A stretch of DNA of 64,000 bases, from contig AP026154.1 of assembly GCA_030295235.1 (NCBI GenBank), forward strand, positions 124,001-188,000. The letters are read 5' to 3'. The translations under genes were made by a program, and so were the position numbers. Under the pieces are notes generated by a model. It saw only the letters and a list, made by a program, of their open reading frames with translations, was not told where the DNA came from and searched no databases. This DNA is from Fistulifera solaris. Lineage: Eukaryota. Positions 35,110 through 48,933 of this stretch are shown here, one piece after another (the stretch's first letter is position 1; each line of letters starts with the position of its first letter).

Positions 35110-35305
35110 GACTGACAGCGGAAGCCACTGTCAAATGAGCCCATCAATCACTCAGTATTACGGAGTATTTTTTTAGAGCAGTAGAGAAGAAAATCAGGCA
35201 AACGAGAGCGAGCATCTCCCTTGATTACAGATGAAGATGTACTTGCTAAGTAAAACTCTTTTTTGCCAGCACGATTGTGCCGTATTACATTCAACTTCGC
35301 AATCA

Positions 35306-38159
35306 TTATAAATTCTTATCGTGTGGCAAGTCCGGGATGGAATATGGAACTGCTAAATTATCTTCGTCTTCGCCTGGTGAATCCATGAAGCGCGCCAGAT
35401 CAGTCGTAATGTTCTTTTGGTAAAACAGATGATCGAATGTGGAATATCCTACGACAGCATTCGCGGCCAGCCAGGCCGCTACTAACGACGCGGAGAAGGA
35501 AGCGCCGATCGTGACATCGGATCCGCCATACAGCAAATGCTTGTATGGAGTATCTACTCGAACTCCCTTTGCTGCATAGCGCTCCGGCGTATGGCTCAAC
35601 CCCATACTTTGTGGTCCTTGAAGTTTTCCAACTATAAGCTTTCCTGTGATTGTTGAAGAAGAAAAGTGGTATCAGTACACATGATCGTGTAAGCGAAACA
35701 TAACCAGACACTTCTTTTGGCTTACCTTCGAGCTGAGGATACAGCTCAATCAGCTCTTTCTCAACTTTCCTTTGCAGATTCTTGAGATTCTCAAGAAAAA
35801 GCTTAGGATTCGACTGCTTTGTTTGGAAAATACGAGGGTTCGTCCCCATATCAGCCACGAGGTCATCATCGGCTTCGACGGTGATTACGCACGTTGACAT
35901 ATTCGGGTGAACCGATGAAAACGAAGGATCTTTGGCGGAAGGGAATGCAATGTGCATCCATGAGACTCCTGGCTCAAATTGTTTCTGTCGATGTTTTCTC
36001 CTCTTTCGATCTTCGCCGGACAGATCAGTTACCGTCTCAGAAACACCCGACACGCGTTGCTCATCCTCGTCTTCCCAACCAATTTCACCGTGTCGGATTG
36101 TGTTCGTACTGGGATTGATCTCATCTAAGGCTCTTGCCGCCCCGGGCAAACGATAAAAATCAGCTCCCGTCAAGTCAAGCTCTTGTGCACTCCCTTTTAA
36201 CGAATACGCAAACTTTACCACAGGGCGCTGCTCCTGGAGTGCACCGAGTCCCTCCGGGTGTCCGTATTTTGTCCGAATTTCAGCTGGCATTATTCTAACA
36301 AATGTATCAATAAATGTCAGCATCGAAACCACAACCGGATCGTTCGCTTTGCTACGGAACCGATCGGCAGCAAAGACAATCTCTTGGCCCGACATGAGTC
36401 TTACTCCAACACAAGACGGCTTTTCAGATGATTTCTTCTCATCATCTCCTCCAAGAGGCTCCACGAATACGAGTTCCTTCAGGTGAAGTCCCGTCACGAT
36501 CCGTCCCCCCAATTTTTCAATTGTATTCGCCAGTGCATGACACAAAGCCCGACTACCGCCAATGGGATAGTGCATTCCCTCCCCTGACAGTGCCCCGCAC
36601 AAGTTAGTGACATGAACTGCCATGCTGGCCTTGCTGGGGCGAAGATTCTCACCGGGTAATCCAACACCGGCCATCAGTGATCTAGTGTGTGTATTCAAAG
36701 GAAAGCACTGATTCAAAATAGACTCGGCGTACTGTACCGAGACAGTTTGATACGATGATTTGGACTGGTACTTGTTCGCTGACTCGGGCAAAATCTTGGA
36801 TAAATAGAAGGCACCGGCCGTAGCATTCAACGATTCGAGAGCATCAATATACGCACCCACCGCCGAATCACCAGCACTTCCATCCGAACCGGGCCATCCA
36901 TCACCCAAATCTGTGGCGACATCTGCCATAAGCGAATAGGTCCCACCGGCCGCTTTGAGAATAAACGGGATTTGATCCGACGCCTTGTCGGCTCCAACAC
37001 CGGGAATCGACAGAATTTGAAAGGCATGACCATCCGCTTCTGTTCCAATCTGTGCAAATCGGATTCCACCTTGACAATCATTTTCTGTACACAAGGCCGG
37101 TGCCAAGAAAGCTTGTTGTTTAGCGATTCTCGTAATGTTCATAGACCCCATATCAACGGGAATTCCATCAATGTCTTCCACGTCACTGGCATCGTGATTT
37201 GGGCAAAGGACCAATACCTTACGACCCGCACGCGACAAGAGTGCGGCAGCAAACAATGTAGCAGCACCCGATCCCAGTAGGATAGTATCATATTGTGAAG
37301 TATCAATGGAAGCTTCGTCTTGACCCAAAGGCATTCCGACGGGTCGTAACAATAGCTGATGTTTGCGTTGCATCTCTTGGTCGGGAGTTTCGTCTGGTTC
37401 ACCTTGTGGTTTTTGATGATGATAATAATAGGGCGTTAGGGTCGGAATTCGATGGGGCATCGTCCCCACTCGCTGCCGCAAACGCCGATTCTTGATCGTT
37501 TGCAACACCAAGACCAATCCCACCAATGCCCACGGTTGCAATCCCACCAGTAGGAACAAAAACGCCAACAACATGACTTGCCATCCCAAATTACCTCGGG
37601 TCATCATGAATAAGATAATCACCGCCGTCGATCGGGGGATGGGTGGTTTCCGCAACGGCGAGAATTCGCCCATGGCATACTTGCGTTGCAGGGTTCGCAC
37701 GAATGTTTCAATTTCGGGATGCTGGGTGATAAAGGGTCGAAAGATGCCGTACTTTTCGTCCAAATTCCGTTCAAACCGCGCCGCATTCGCGTGGATTCTC
37801 CATCCTCCTTTGGGGGCAAAGAAGTGTTGGGATGTTTCCGAAAGCACGCGATCGAATTCGTCAATTTGGTATTGCGAATGAAACAATGGTTTGTTGGGTT
37901 GAAGAGAAGAGACGATAGTTCCGTCAGTATTGATTTGCGCCGCGGCTTCTTGTTGAGAGAGTTCGTACAACAAGCAATCTTCGGCATATTGTTCTAAGGT
38001 GGCGGACGCCAAGTCGATGAATTTCGGACGAAAGACATCGATCACCCAATCCGATGATATTCTACCGACAATACTATCTGCGGGAACATTCTTTGGTTTG
38101 ACTTTAACTCCGGCCGTCGTCCATCCGCGGGTTGTTTTGGGTTTTTTTCCTAATTTCAT
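35306..38159 (-). CDS. FAD-dependent oxidoreductase, retinol saturase/phytoene dehydrogenase-like, with N-terminal membrane extension
   Basis: YDTILLGSGAATLFAAALLSRAGRKVLVL, GMHYPIGG, IAFPSAKDPSF, ELYPQLEG, GLSHTPERY. Intron 35644-35725. Confidence 0.8.
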
Positions 38160-38826
38160 GTTGTTGAATGATGGTTTGTTGATATGCAGCAAAGGTATAT
38201 TAACAAGACTGTACTACAATAAGTCTCTCACGCGCTTGATCTATTATCGAACAATCAAAGATGACGAATTGAGTGTTTGTTATAATGGATCCGAAGGAAT
38301 GCTGAGGGAAGTTAAAACATCATGATAAATAATGATGTTAAATGATGTGTTCATCATTCTCGTACTCATTTTTACCTGTCTTCATTGTTGAAGGATCGTC
38401 GCGCTCTCCGCTCCACGTGTCTGTCGTCGTCTTGCCGTCGTCCAGTCCTGTCAAATGTTCAAATCGTCGCAGTCCTGAGTGAGTCAGTCGTCCTGAATGG
38501 AATGTATCGTTATCATCGCGTTCACGGAATGAATGAATCTCGTGATTGACACCCACCCGCTGCTCGATCCACTCACGTCAGTCAGTCCTTTTTCTTACTC
38601 TAGACGAAACTGTACAAGGGTCTCGTACGTGTGCAACTTGCACCGTTTTGCGATGTCCGACCGTCAGACATCGGCGCGTTGGGTTGCGTTTTGGGTTATT
38701 GTTGAGAGAAAATCTTCGTGTCGATGTTGGCGGGCAACGTCTGGGTGTGTGGGTGTGTGAGTGTGTCAATCCACCATTCTAAATCTTTCGTTTGATTGCA
38801 AAGAATTAGCCTATACGAATATTATT

Positions 38827-40185
38827 ATGATGAAACGAATCTTTGTTGTCTTGACTTTGGCTTCTTGTGCGGGCGCCAGTGCCTTCACCACTCAGCAACA
38901 CGCCAAATCCTCCGTTGGAACGCAACAACGCACTGTCGTGCTTTCCCCGTACGTATCATAGCTGCGGATATGTTGGCGTCAGAGTATCTCTTTCGGGCGG
39001 ATTTGATTATGGCTATCTTCTACTGTGCCGATCGTATCATGTGTCAGGTGTTACTAATCATTATGATTTGTTCTTTTCAATCAACAAACCAAACACTTTC
39101 GTTCGTTCTCTCTTGCTTTCTTGCTTTCTTTCTTCTCACTCGATTCTTTCCTCTTTTCCAGACAAGCCAAGCATGTTAAATCCGCCACTGCCTTGGCACT
39201 CTCATCGGTTGGAGGTGCCAAGAAGAAAGAAGAACCTGCCAAATCATCGAATGGCTTGGCCGAAACACTCCAAGTCGGTGGATACTTTGCCTTGTGGTAT
39301 TTGTTCAACATTGCCTACAACATTTACAACAAACAAGCCTTGATGATTCTCAGTTACCCCTGGACCATTGCTACCATTCAAATGGCGGTCGGACTCTTGT
39401 ACTTTGTCCCCGTCTGGATGCTCGGTTTGCGCAAGGCCCCGAAACTCAACATGAGTGAACTCAAAACACTCGTCCCCATTGCTCTCTGCCACACCGGTGT
39501 GCACGTCGGGGCCGTGATTGCCCTCGGCGCCGGAGCCGTCTCGTTTGCGCACATTGTCAAAGCTTCGGAACCGGTCGTCACCTGCGCCCTCAATGCTCTC
39601 TTGTTGGGTGAAGTCTTGCCCCTGTCGGTCTACGCCACACTCTTGCCCATTATTGGTGGTGTCGGTATTGCTTCCATGAAAGAATTGTCCTTTACTTGGT
39701 TGGCACTCGCTTCCGCCATGTTGTCGAACGTTTCTTCGGCAGCACGTGGTGTCTTGTCCAAGAAAACCATGAGCGGCAAGAAGATTGGTGAAAACTTGGA
39801 TGCCCAGAACTTGTATGCGGTCCTCACCGCCATGTCCACGGCCATTCTCATTCCGGTCATGTTTGCGTTGGAAGGTACCAGTTTCTTCACGGCCTTTAAC
39901 CAAGTCGTCGCCAAAGGAGAATTCACCCGCAAAGCACTCGCTACCTTGGTGGCACTCAGTGGAGCCACGTACTATGCGTACAATGAAGTGGCCTTTTTGG
40001 CTTTGGGCAAAGTCAACCCCGTCACGCATGCCGTTGGTAACACCATTAAGCGTGTAGTGATCATTGTGGCATCGGTGATTGCCTTTAAGACTCCCATGAG
40101 CACGGGCAGTATTGTTGGTTCGTCGGTGGCCATTTTGGGTACTTTGTTGTATTCGTTGGCCATGAATGCGTCCAAGAAGAAGTAA
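38827..40185 (+). CDS. Plastid triose-phosphate/phosphate translocator family protein
   Basis: Exon 1 presequence MMKRIFVVLTLASCAGASA-FTT; intron 38949-39161; WYLFNIAYNIYNK, GAVSFAHIVKASEP, VTHAVGNTIKRV. Confidence 0.95.
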
Positions 40186-40504
40186 GTAAAACTTCTTAAA
40201 GAAGAATACGATAACAGCAATAAAGACTCTAGTAGTAGACTACTGTGATAAAAAGTAATCAGCAATGAAATCAGTTTGGAATCTTGTTGAATCAAATGAA
40301 ACAACTCGACAAGACTTACACTATTTGCAGTCCCGAAACGATGTCGCGTGCATCCAATTTGATGAAATTCGAACGCTACCTGGTGTAGAAAGCCATTGTT
40401 ACGCTCATGCAAGGCGCACAATTCAATAGCATTGTAATGGCATCGATGGTATTGTTGTTGGGGATGTGTTTCAGATGGCATGGACATTATTTATCTTGCC
40501 CTTA

Positions 40505-40687
40505 CTAGAAATTCTGAAAGGGTGCATTTCTCACTTCGGAGTAGTACAGATCCTACGTATTCCGCGTGACTTCCAGAAATTCTGGAGGAGGTGTATTTCA
40601 TCCTGCAGGAATTCTGTGTGATTTACAGGAATTCTGGAAATGGCGCATTTCATTTACAGAAATTCTGTGTACCCCCAGAAATTCCTG
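40505..40687. repeat. Cluster of six CAG(A/G)-AAT-TCTG palindromes
   Basis: Copies at 40505, 40572, 40605, 40625, 40656 and 40675. Confidence 0.75.
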
Positions 40688-41101
40688 AGAATGTTTTACT
40701 AGCCTATAAAGAGTAGTCTGAAGCTCATCATTCGCCAAACGACGCGAAGAATGCGGAAGACGCGACAAAAGCAACAAGAAGACAAACGAAAAACAGTCAC
40801 CGCGAACATTCGACTTCTCTTGACATTTATCTTTGTCTTCATTTGATATTGATGATATTGATATGCTTTTAAGTCTATCCTTCATCTTGTTTGTTGCAAG
40901 GAAATTAATTTAACCGTCTTATTCTTTTCGCGTGAAAAGAATTGTTTCGTTGTTACGACATTTACAACACGTTGCAAGCGATCGTCATTCGCATTTGCAG
41001 TCCTACAGACACGACACAATTCGCCTTCAAAATAACTTCAATTCCTACTTATTGTCGTAAAGCATCAATTCACACACAACAACGAATTCGAGTAGCATAA
41101 A

Positions 41102-43211
41102 ATGCACGAATCCATGCGCTGGAGTGAAATCAATCACGAACACAGCACCGCACCGACGATCAAAAATCACAGTGTCACGCATTTCAACGGTTATTTGTTT
41201 TGTTTTGGAGGATATGATGGAAGACGCAATCACATGACGTTATTGATTTATCACATTGCCGAAGAACGATGGATTCGACCGCAGCAGACGACGATGGATG
41301 GCAATTTGGAATTTCGGATTAACGACGGTGACGACGATGACGATTATTCGACCCACCACCATACGCAAAGCAAGAATAATAGTACAATTGTTGTACAAGG
41401 ATCACCACCTCCCGGACGCAACGGACATTCTGCTACATTGGCCATGGACGATGAAGAGAATGCGAAAATTGTCATTATCGGAGGATGGCTCGGGACCGGC
41501 CCCTTGGCGGCTTCGGACATGCACGTCTTGGATGTCAGTGCCGGTGGACGACAATTGCGATGGTATCAGCCTCCCATCAAAGGGACACCACCGGGACCGT
41601 GTAATATGCATTCGGCGGATTATGTCGCACATCGTCGAGAAGTATACGTCTTTCGGGGAGGGAATGGACGGGAGTATTTGAATGATTTGCACGCCTTGCA
41701 TGTGGACACGTTGACGTGGCGGTTGGTCGAAACGAACGGGGAAGCACCACAACCGCGAGCGAATCACAGTAGTGCCATGTTGGAACATGAATTGTGTTTG
41801 TTTGGAGGATGGAATGGGACGGAACGACTCAATGATATTCACATTTTGGATACGCAAACCTCGACGTGGACGCGACCCCGCGTCGGAGGGGTGTTGGTGA
41901 GTGTTTTGACTCAGAACATGTTATACGTGGTTTTACAAATCTTGAAAATCTCACGCATCATATTCTGGCACCGTTGGCAGCCACATCCACGCGCGGGTAT
42001 GACTTTGACAGCGCTACGAGGTCGTCTCTTACTGTTCGGTGGTTCCGGTACTTCGGCCAAGTGCTTCAATGATTTGCAGATATTAGATCGTCAAGAAATG
42101 GTCTGGTTAGATGTGTCTCAATCCGATTCATCGGAGAATCGTGTTGGAACGGTGGCGGTGGCGCGACGGGAATTTGATAGGGATGATGCGCCAACGTTTC
42201 GGTTTGGTGGTAGTGATTATGGTATGCCGTGTCATCGGAATGGACACCATTCGACGGACTCTTCTTCTCCGCAAAACGATGGATTGTTGTTGGAACATCA
42301 ACAGCAGCAACAGCAGCAGGATGGATTTTCTATTCGTCACGGTACCGACTGGAGATCCAGAGACATGGCGGGTCAAATTCGAGATGCCACCGCCAGTGTG
42401 CGGTCGCTGCATGTATCACCCAATCCCAATGACGAAGATTCGGTTCCCACGGTAGTTGTGCATGGTGAAGGACCCGGTCGTAGGGCGGGACATACGGCCA
42501 CGGTGGTGCATCGCAAAGTATACGTCTTTGGTGGATCGTGTGGTGAGTCAATCAATGGTGCAAGAAAGTGTTGCACTTGTTCTCGTTCTTCTCATTTCGT
42601 TTTGAACAACTGTTGTGCAAAATGCTAGGCTCCGACTATCTCAATGACTTTTTCGTGCTGGATACGGATCCACGACCCCAGCTGGAGGTTTCAGAACCCA
42701 ATAGCCTCCAATTGTTTGATCGCCGATTGTGGCATTTTTCAACGAACAAGAATTTTCGGATGTCACATTCCTTGTTCAAGGTCAACGAGTGTATGGTCAT
42801 AAGATGGTGTTGTCGATTGTCTCGGATTGTTTCCGCGCCATGTTTACGACAGGGTTTCGAGAAGAGAATGAAAACGAGATTGTAATTCGGGACTGCAGTC
42901 ATTCCGCTTTTCTCGCCATGATGGAATATATCTATACAGGTTTCATTCCCAAGTCGCTGAGCTATCCAACGCAGCAGCAAAATGCCGACATTCGTCAACT
43001 GGATCGTATCATTGAAATGTTAGAGCTAGCCGATCGTTTCTTTCTGGATCATTTGAAACAAGTCTGTGAGAATATGCTACAATCGGCCGTCTCTCCCGAT
43101 ACAGTAGAATATTTGTTGCAAGTCTCCCAAAAGACGAATGCGACGCAGTTGCAATTGATCTGTGAGCACTTAATACGCAATCGCGGTGATACGATACGGC
43201 TTGAACGGTAA
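41102..43211 (+). CDS. Kelch-repeat plus BTB/POZ protein (LZTR1-like architecture)
   Basis: Repeated H-x..FGG kelch motifs; BTB FSDVTFLVQGQRVYGHKMVL..FRAMF. Introns 41897-41980 and 42543-42628; indel near 42735. Confidence 0.9.
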
Positions 43212-43310
43212 TCATCGTTGAGTGCGACGCACGCTTCGTTGTTAGGATTGATATATATTTAGTATTTTTAGTATAGATTTTTAGGGAAACAGGTTCTGCT
43301 TTGTAGTGTC

Positions 43311-43838
43311 TCATGCACTGTAATCATCAAACATATCGACAGGTCCTCCTGTAGATGTGGCGGTCTTCTTATTGTCCACCGATGGTGCTTTTCCTTGGGG
43401 AGTCGTTTCCGCCGCTTCCATGGTCAATTCGGGTGTCATCTTTTCTCCTTTTGATTCTCTTACACGTCGTAATATTTCTTGTGCTTTTGTTTTTTCTTCT
43501 GCCGATAAACCTTTCCAGAATTCTTCATCGTCTTGTCCTTGGGAATAGGACTCGGCGACGATTTGCGCGCTTAAATCTTTGCTATCCACAATGAGCCCGA
43601 CGAAAATAGCCGACAATAAACCACCAAACATGACGGCGATTCCTCCCATGAATACAGGTGCGAATTCATTACTCGACATGTTTGCGATATCGGAATCGAT
43701 CGTGGCAATTAAGAAATCATGAGGCGTCAGAGTTCTTTGTGAAGATGCGCGATGATGTCGTCTGAGTGATACGACGGAGAAACTTTCACAGGCTGTTAAA
43801 GCGCAAAGAAGACTAAGTAAACCGGCAATTCGATTCAT
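43311..43838 (-). CDS. Hypothetical plastid-targeted single-pass membrane protein
   Basis: Signal peptide ending CES-F, transit-like segment, one TM helix. Confidence 0.7.
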   Translation of the reverse strand: MNRIAGLLSLLCALTACESFSVVSLRRHHRASSQRTLTPHDFLIATIDSDIANMSSNEFAPVFMGGIAVMFGGLLSAIFVGLIVDSKDLSAQIVAESYSQGQDDEEFWKGLSAEEKTKAQEILRRVRESKGEKMTPELTMEAAETTPQGKAPSVDNKKTATSTGGPVDMFDDYSA

Positions 43839-44379
43839 GCTTGTTTTTTGTTCCGCAGTTTCTAATGATTCAGCTCCTTATTGACAGAAAGAATGATGCC
43901 AATTCATTGATGATACGGTGTGCAACCTTTTTCGCTTGTTGAAGAAGTTTGTTTTTGGTGGACGCGCGTCAGTCATGACGGAGGGAGAAATATGTTCACT
44001 AAGGGTAAAGGTGTTTCTCACCACTTTATGTCCTATACATCATAATTCGCTAAAAGGTTTTACATTTATGACAAGTGTGTAAAACATCCAGGCGCTCCGG
44101 TTATCGGCAGTCTAAATAGATTGCAATACTTAGAGGCCTTCTGCGATTCTGATTTCGTCCAAGCCTACTTTAATTTGTAGAGTCATTCAACACAGTGTTT
44201 CAAGCCACGTTTTGGTAGCGTTTTCCTTACGTAGTCACACCCGTTTTACAACAACACCGCATCACATTCAACCAATACAACTCCATTGCGGCAGATTGCT
44301 CAGGACGATATCATTGAATTAGCTGCACAGGAAAGAGAGCGAACGGATTTAGTTTGACAAGAGTGGAAATTGATAGAGA

Positions 44380-47105
44380 ATGATCTTTTGTGGGGCACCC
44401 ATTGATCAGCAGGTGATCCAAGAGGAATATACGGCACCAACAAAAACCTTCTCCCAGATCTCTGCGTTAAGATTGACACGGAAGACCAAATCATTGAGGA
44501 AATCATTCCCGTAGTAACAGTGGTAGAGCCGACACTTCCAGTCGACCCGCCTTCATCGGCGGCACCCGCGCCGGTGAATTTGTGCGATGAGGAGCCACAG
44601 ATGCGTTCACAACACTCCAAAATATTCAAGCATGATGCTCTCAGCAAGGCATTGGACAAGATTGATGAGACGATTGCGGTCGATAGTGCGTCATCGAAGC
44701 AAGAAGCGAAGGTATCACCGAAACGGTCTCCCCAGAAATCGTTCATCACTCACGTCACTGCACCGCGTATCCCACCTCCCCGACGAGTCTCTAGCCCGTA
44801 CCGCGTTCAACAAAGATCGAGACCCACTCTTACTACACCACCACCCACTCGAACAAACAAGGTTTCTAAAGCGCCCGTGAGAGCGAAAGCGACAAATAGG
44901 TCTTCTTCGAGGACACCCAATGCAACAAGTAACGAGCTCTCAGCCCATAATATTGATGAGCCTCTGGAGAAATTAATTGAGCGACTAGAAGATGGATTTC
45001 GCGTGACCCTTCAGTCCGGGCCGAGTATCCGAGAACTCGGAGGCATGAATTTACTCTTCTTTCTCAGTCAAGATCGGCAGCGCATCATGGTCGAGTCGTT
45101 CATGTACGTGGATGAAAATCGACAAGATCAGGACAGTAGCATCGCGATTCGGATCCGAGATATTGTAAAGATAGAGGTCCGAGATGGGCGTAGAGGAAAG
45201 AATTGTTTCTTTGTTCATGCATTGAGAGAACGCGAGAGTGTTCGCTGCTACGAGTTTGAAGCATCTTCCAAGTGGGAACGGGAAGTCATTATTTCGGCGT
45301 TACTTGTCATTTTGGATCAGGTCAACGCAGAACAGGAGCTGAGGGAAATTGAAGAGTCCAAGACGAGAAAGTTTGTAACCAAAGTTTACGAGAAAGAAGA
45401 GGAGAATGTCGTTGTTGGAACAAAAAGTAAACCCATCGTGTGCAATCCATCCCTTGAAGAGGAAGAAATTGCTGTTCTGTCTCCTGTGACACAAACTCGT
45501 CTATTTGACAGTGACAGGGGTACAGAGGTTAGCTTATTCGTATTGTCTGATGTGCAATCGCAATGTTCACGACGAACCATTCGATCTGCACTTAGTCAAG
45601 GCATCCCGCTGCCGGAGTGTGTTGAGATACCAGGCCCAAATTGTTTAGGATCAAAGAAGACTGATTCCGAAGAAATCGGAGAAGAAAAGAAGGCAACAAC
45701 CGATCAGGCACCTAGTCAGGGAGATAACGGCCTGTAACTCCCATAGCCTATTGGTCGCTAGCGGCAACTGGTGTACCGATGATATATGCTCAAATGCATT
45801 GCGTGATATTGCAGAGACTTGCGCCGGGATATTTGGTAGGAAGCAGCACGTTGCGTCTGGACCTTTGTCAACTGGTTTGTCGTGTCAAGTAGACCAGCAA
45901 CTCGCTCTCGAAGAATATATTGCGACTGCCCTTGATGCACCAAATACAATGTACTCGTATCTAGTTGAAGGCGATAACGGGAATGCCGAAGCTACCAACA
46001 ATCAATCTGAGCAGGCTACTCCCCTTGGGCAGGTTCGTCGGCGTGTTCAAAATCGTGCTAATCTTTTAAATGCTCAAGCTATTCGACTTCGAAATCTTCG
46101 CAATGAGATGACGTTTACCTCAGCTTTCAAGCGCTCCAAGGAAATGAAGTTACCACCGAGAGCGCAATCATTTGACGATGCCCAAATATATTCATCGCAA
46201 AGGCGCCAGCAACAAGCAACTCTGAAAGGGGCAGAGAAGCTTCATGCGTCTCCTCTGATTCAGAATATAGTTCAAGCACTTGCTCTGGACGAGCCTCAAA
46301 ATACATCTAATGAAGGAGAAGAAGTTGCATACTACGACAGCGATCCAGAAGACATGGAGCCACGCGAGCCCAGCGATCGAGGATTGGTATATTTTGATCG
46401 AATCGACAGGGCTCGCCAGATTCTCTCAAAATCAGATAGTCCTTTCAAAGCGAGGGGTTTAGACAAAATACCTTTAGGGAAGAAGGTAAAGAAGCTTGAC
46501 GAAGCATCAGTGGTAGAAATCGTACAGGTATGATCGCAAGAGTTTTTTCGTCCTCCTCAAAATTTCACGAAACTCATTTATTTCCTTTTCAATTATAGAC
46601 CATGCTCAACGAAAGAATAATGCTAATGTGGCACCCAGAGGTCTCAAAGTCCAAACCGGGTGGCGCTCCAATTTGTGTCAAAGCTTGGATCGAATCTGGT
46701 GTTTATTTGGTCGATGGGACCTTTCTACTTCCGAAGTTTACCATGATTCGAGCAACAGATGCAAGCAGCTTATCGAACGAAAAGATTCCTCTAAAACAAA
46801 GTGCTTCTTTGGAGAAGTTCGATTTGCTAGATGTTTGCCGTATCTTCGTACCTGAGATGATTGATCGCTCAAGTTATCCTTACCCACACATGTCGCGCTC
46901 ATTCATTATTGAAACTGGTACATCCCATTTCATGTTGGAAGCCCAGAGTGTAGAAGACAGGGATCGCATTGTCTACGGTTTGAAGCTTGTGATCGCCAGG
47001 CTGGCGTCTCTACTCATGCTTCGTGACATGCGAGCCGCAAGCGAATTTTTGGAGCTACCGCCCACATGGTGCCTGGAGAAGCACCTAGATGGACGCAAGA
47101 TAGTT
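44380..47105 (+). CDS. Large hypothetical protein with two PH-like segments
   Basis: Co-oriented ORFs 44520-45737, 45751-46533 and 46602-47177; intron ~46528-46599. YEFEASSKWEREVII and MLEAQSVEDRDRIVYGL resemble PH C-terminal helices. Several frame breaks; ends approximate. Confidence 0.6.
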
Positions 47106-47235
47106 GTCGTGATCTCTGGGACACGAGTAAATCAACGGCAGAAGCATCCTCAGCTATACAATAGAAGCGAATACTAAAACATAAAATAAAGATCCCTATA
47201 AGGGTTGAAACGGACAGGATAGGCATGCTGACTGA

Positions 47236-48295
47236 TTAATTTGGCGTGTTGCCAATTCGCCTCATTATCATCTGCGCCAGTCCAGTAGAGGATTCGTCGC
47301 CTCTACCGCCATCGTTCATTTTAGAAGCACTATTTATGCCAAGGCGTTGCGGGGCCGACATTTCTGTAAAGTTAGTCGCTTCATCACCATCTGTTAAATA
47401 CCCATTTCCGATACCAAGCCCGTCTGTGGGTACCCTTACCCCCAACATACCCGACGGATTAGTCTGCATACCCGTGACGACGCTTGGCTCGTCCGCTTCG
47501 ATGTCCCGATCTTCATCGTCTTCGGTTTGAGAAACATGGAAATCGGGTTTACTTCGAGCGAGATAGTGATCATCGTCATCATCAATTTCTTCGAACAGAC
47601 AATTAGTAACGGATTGTTTGAAAGCGTCCCATCCACCTGTGATGTAAAGCAGAACAGAGCTAACCAAGAGAAGAATGAATGACATGATGACGGTGGCAGC
47701 GATCAGACCAGCATCAGCAGTGCTTCTTCCATTGCTGTCATTATCGTAGAAGATAACCTTTGAATCATCGACAATTGCCTGGAAAGTCAGTGAAGCCACC
47801 GGAAGTCCATTGAATTTCAATTCAGAAAGATTGTCAGTTTCCACCAGTCCAGCCAAAACCGTGTCGATATCGATGGGGAATCCCTTTCCTGTGCGATAGA
47901 TAACGTTCACTCTCGATTGAGTGGAAAGCAAGACTTTCGTGCCGTTTTGAATCGTTTGCCCGGTCATAACACTGACCGTGACTTGCTCGATTCCATCTAT
48001 GTCGTCACTCGTGTCGACTTGCTGAAGTAACTCCAAAAAGTAGGCCGCCACCTGGTCTTCAATCACGGCCGCACTCTCGACCGTCAAATACGATTGGGTG
48101 GCCGATGACCAGTCGAGTGAAACTTCTGCATCGCAAGAAGACTCTAGCAGCTGGTGAAGGACACAACGGAACGCATGAGCGAAGACACGAAATGGGAAGA
48201 TCGTGCAGCGGAACACAAGGGATTCTTACCACTGTGCCAAACGTGAATTGCCAGACTTCGAGAAGAGATACGAGGAATACCAGGGATGTCTTCAT
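47236..48295 (-). CDS. Type I membrane protein of unknown function
   Basis: Signal peptide MKTSLVFLVSLLEVWQFTFG, intron 48151-48229, TM helix LIAATVIMSFILLLVSSVLLYITGG, acidic tail. Confidence 0.75.
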
Positions 48296-48933
48296 GGTGA
48301 ACGAATGAAATTGAATTACAGCAACGTGTCTTGAGAGGCAATGGGGTGTGACTTCACTGATTTCGTCTTTGATTTGTGACATCGACAGGCGTGACTCCAT
48401 AGCCCGCGATGCAATCAATATCCTTCATTGCTGTACAGGTGCATAAGACCATCATGCCTAAGTAGAGGGAGAGGTTATTTTTTACTTATATGTAAGATGT
48501 GAGGCGCGCGAATGAATATTGCATCTTTCCGTTGCCGTTTATTAAGCTCTAACCTTATCGATGAACAAGCGTGCATAATTTCGCAGAATGTGGGTCACGA
48601 ACTGGCCAGATTTCTTTTTACATTCTGCTACATACAAAGTACAAATACTGTAACCTTACTTGGATTGAGTGTGACGACATTCTGTTATGGTCTGACGCAA
48701 GCTGTGACGTGTCAGTTCCACCAATACACTCACGTCCATACGAACGAATAATCGACTGTCCGCTACCCGACACGCCGGATCCGATCCGAAACCGAAACTC
48801 CAAATGGGAGGTTTCAAATCCTTCGGTTTTTTCGCTCTCGTCGCGAATCACAAAGATTTTCGTTCGCTCAGCTTTCATTCCTTGTTGTTATTCAACACAA
48901 ATAGAGCAGTAACAAGTAGTATTACAAGTGATC

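Noticed and set aside
39244..40029. 261-aa antisense ORF
   Set aside because: Shadow of the codon-biased TPT gene; no recognisable motifs. The same applies to most short ORFs overlapping called genes.
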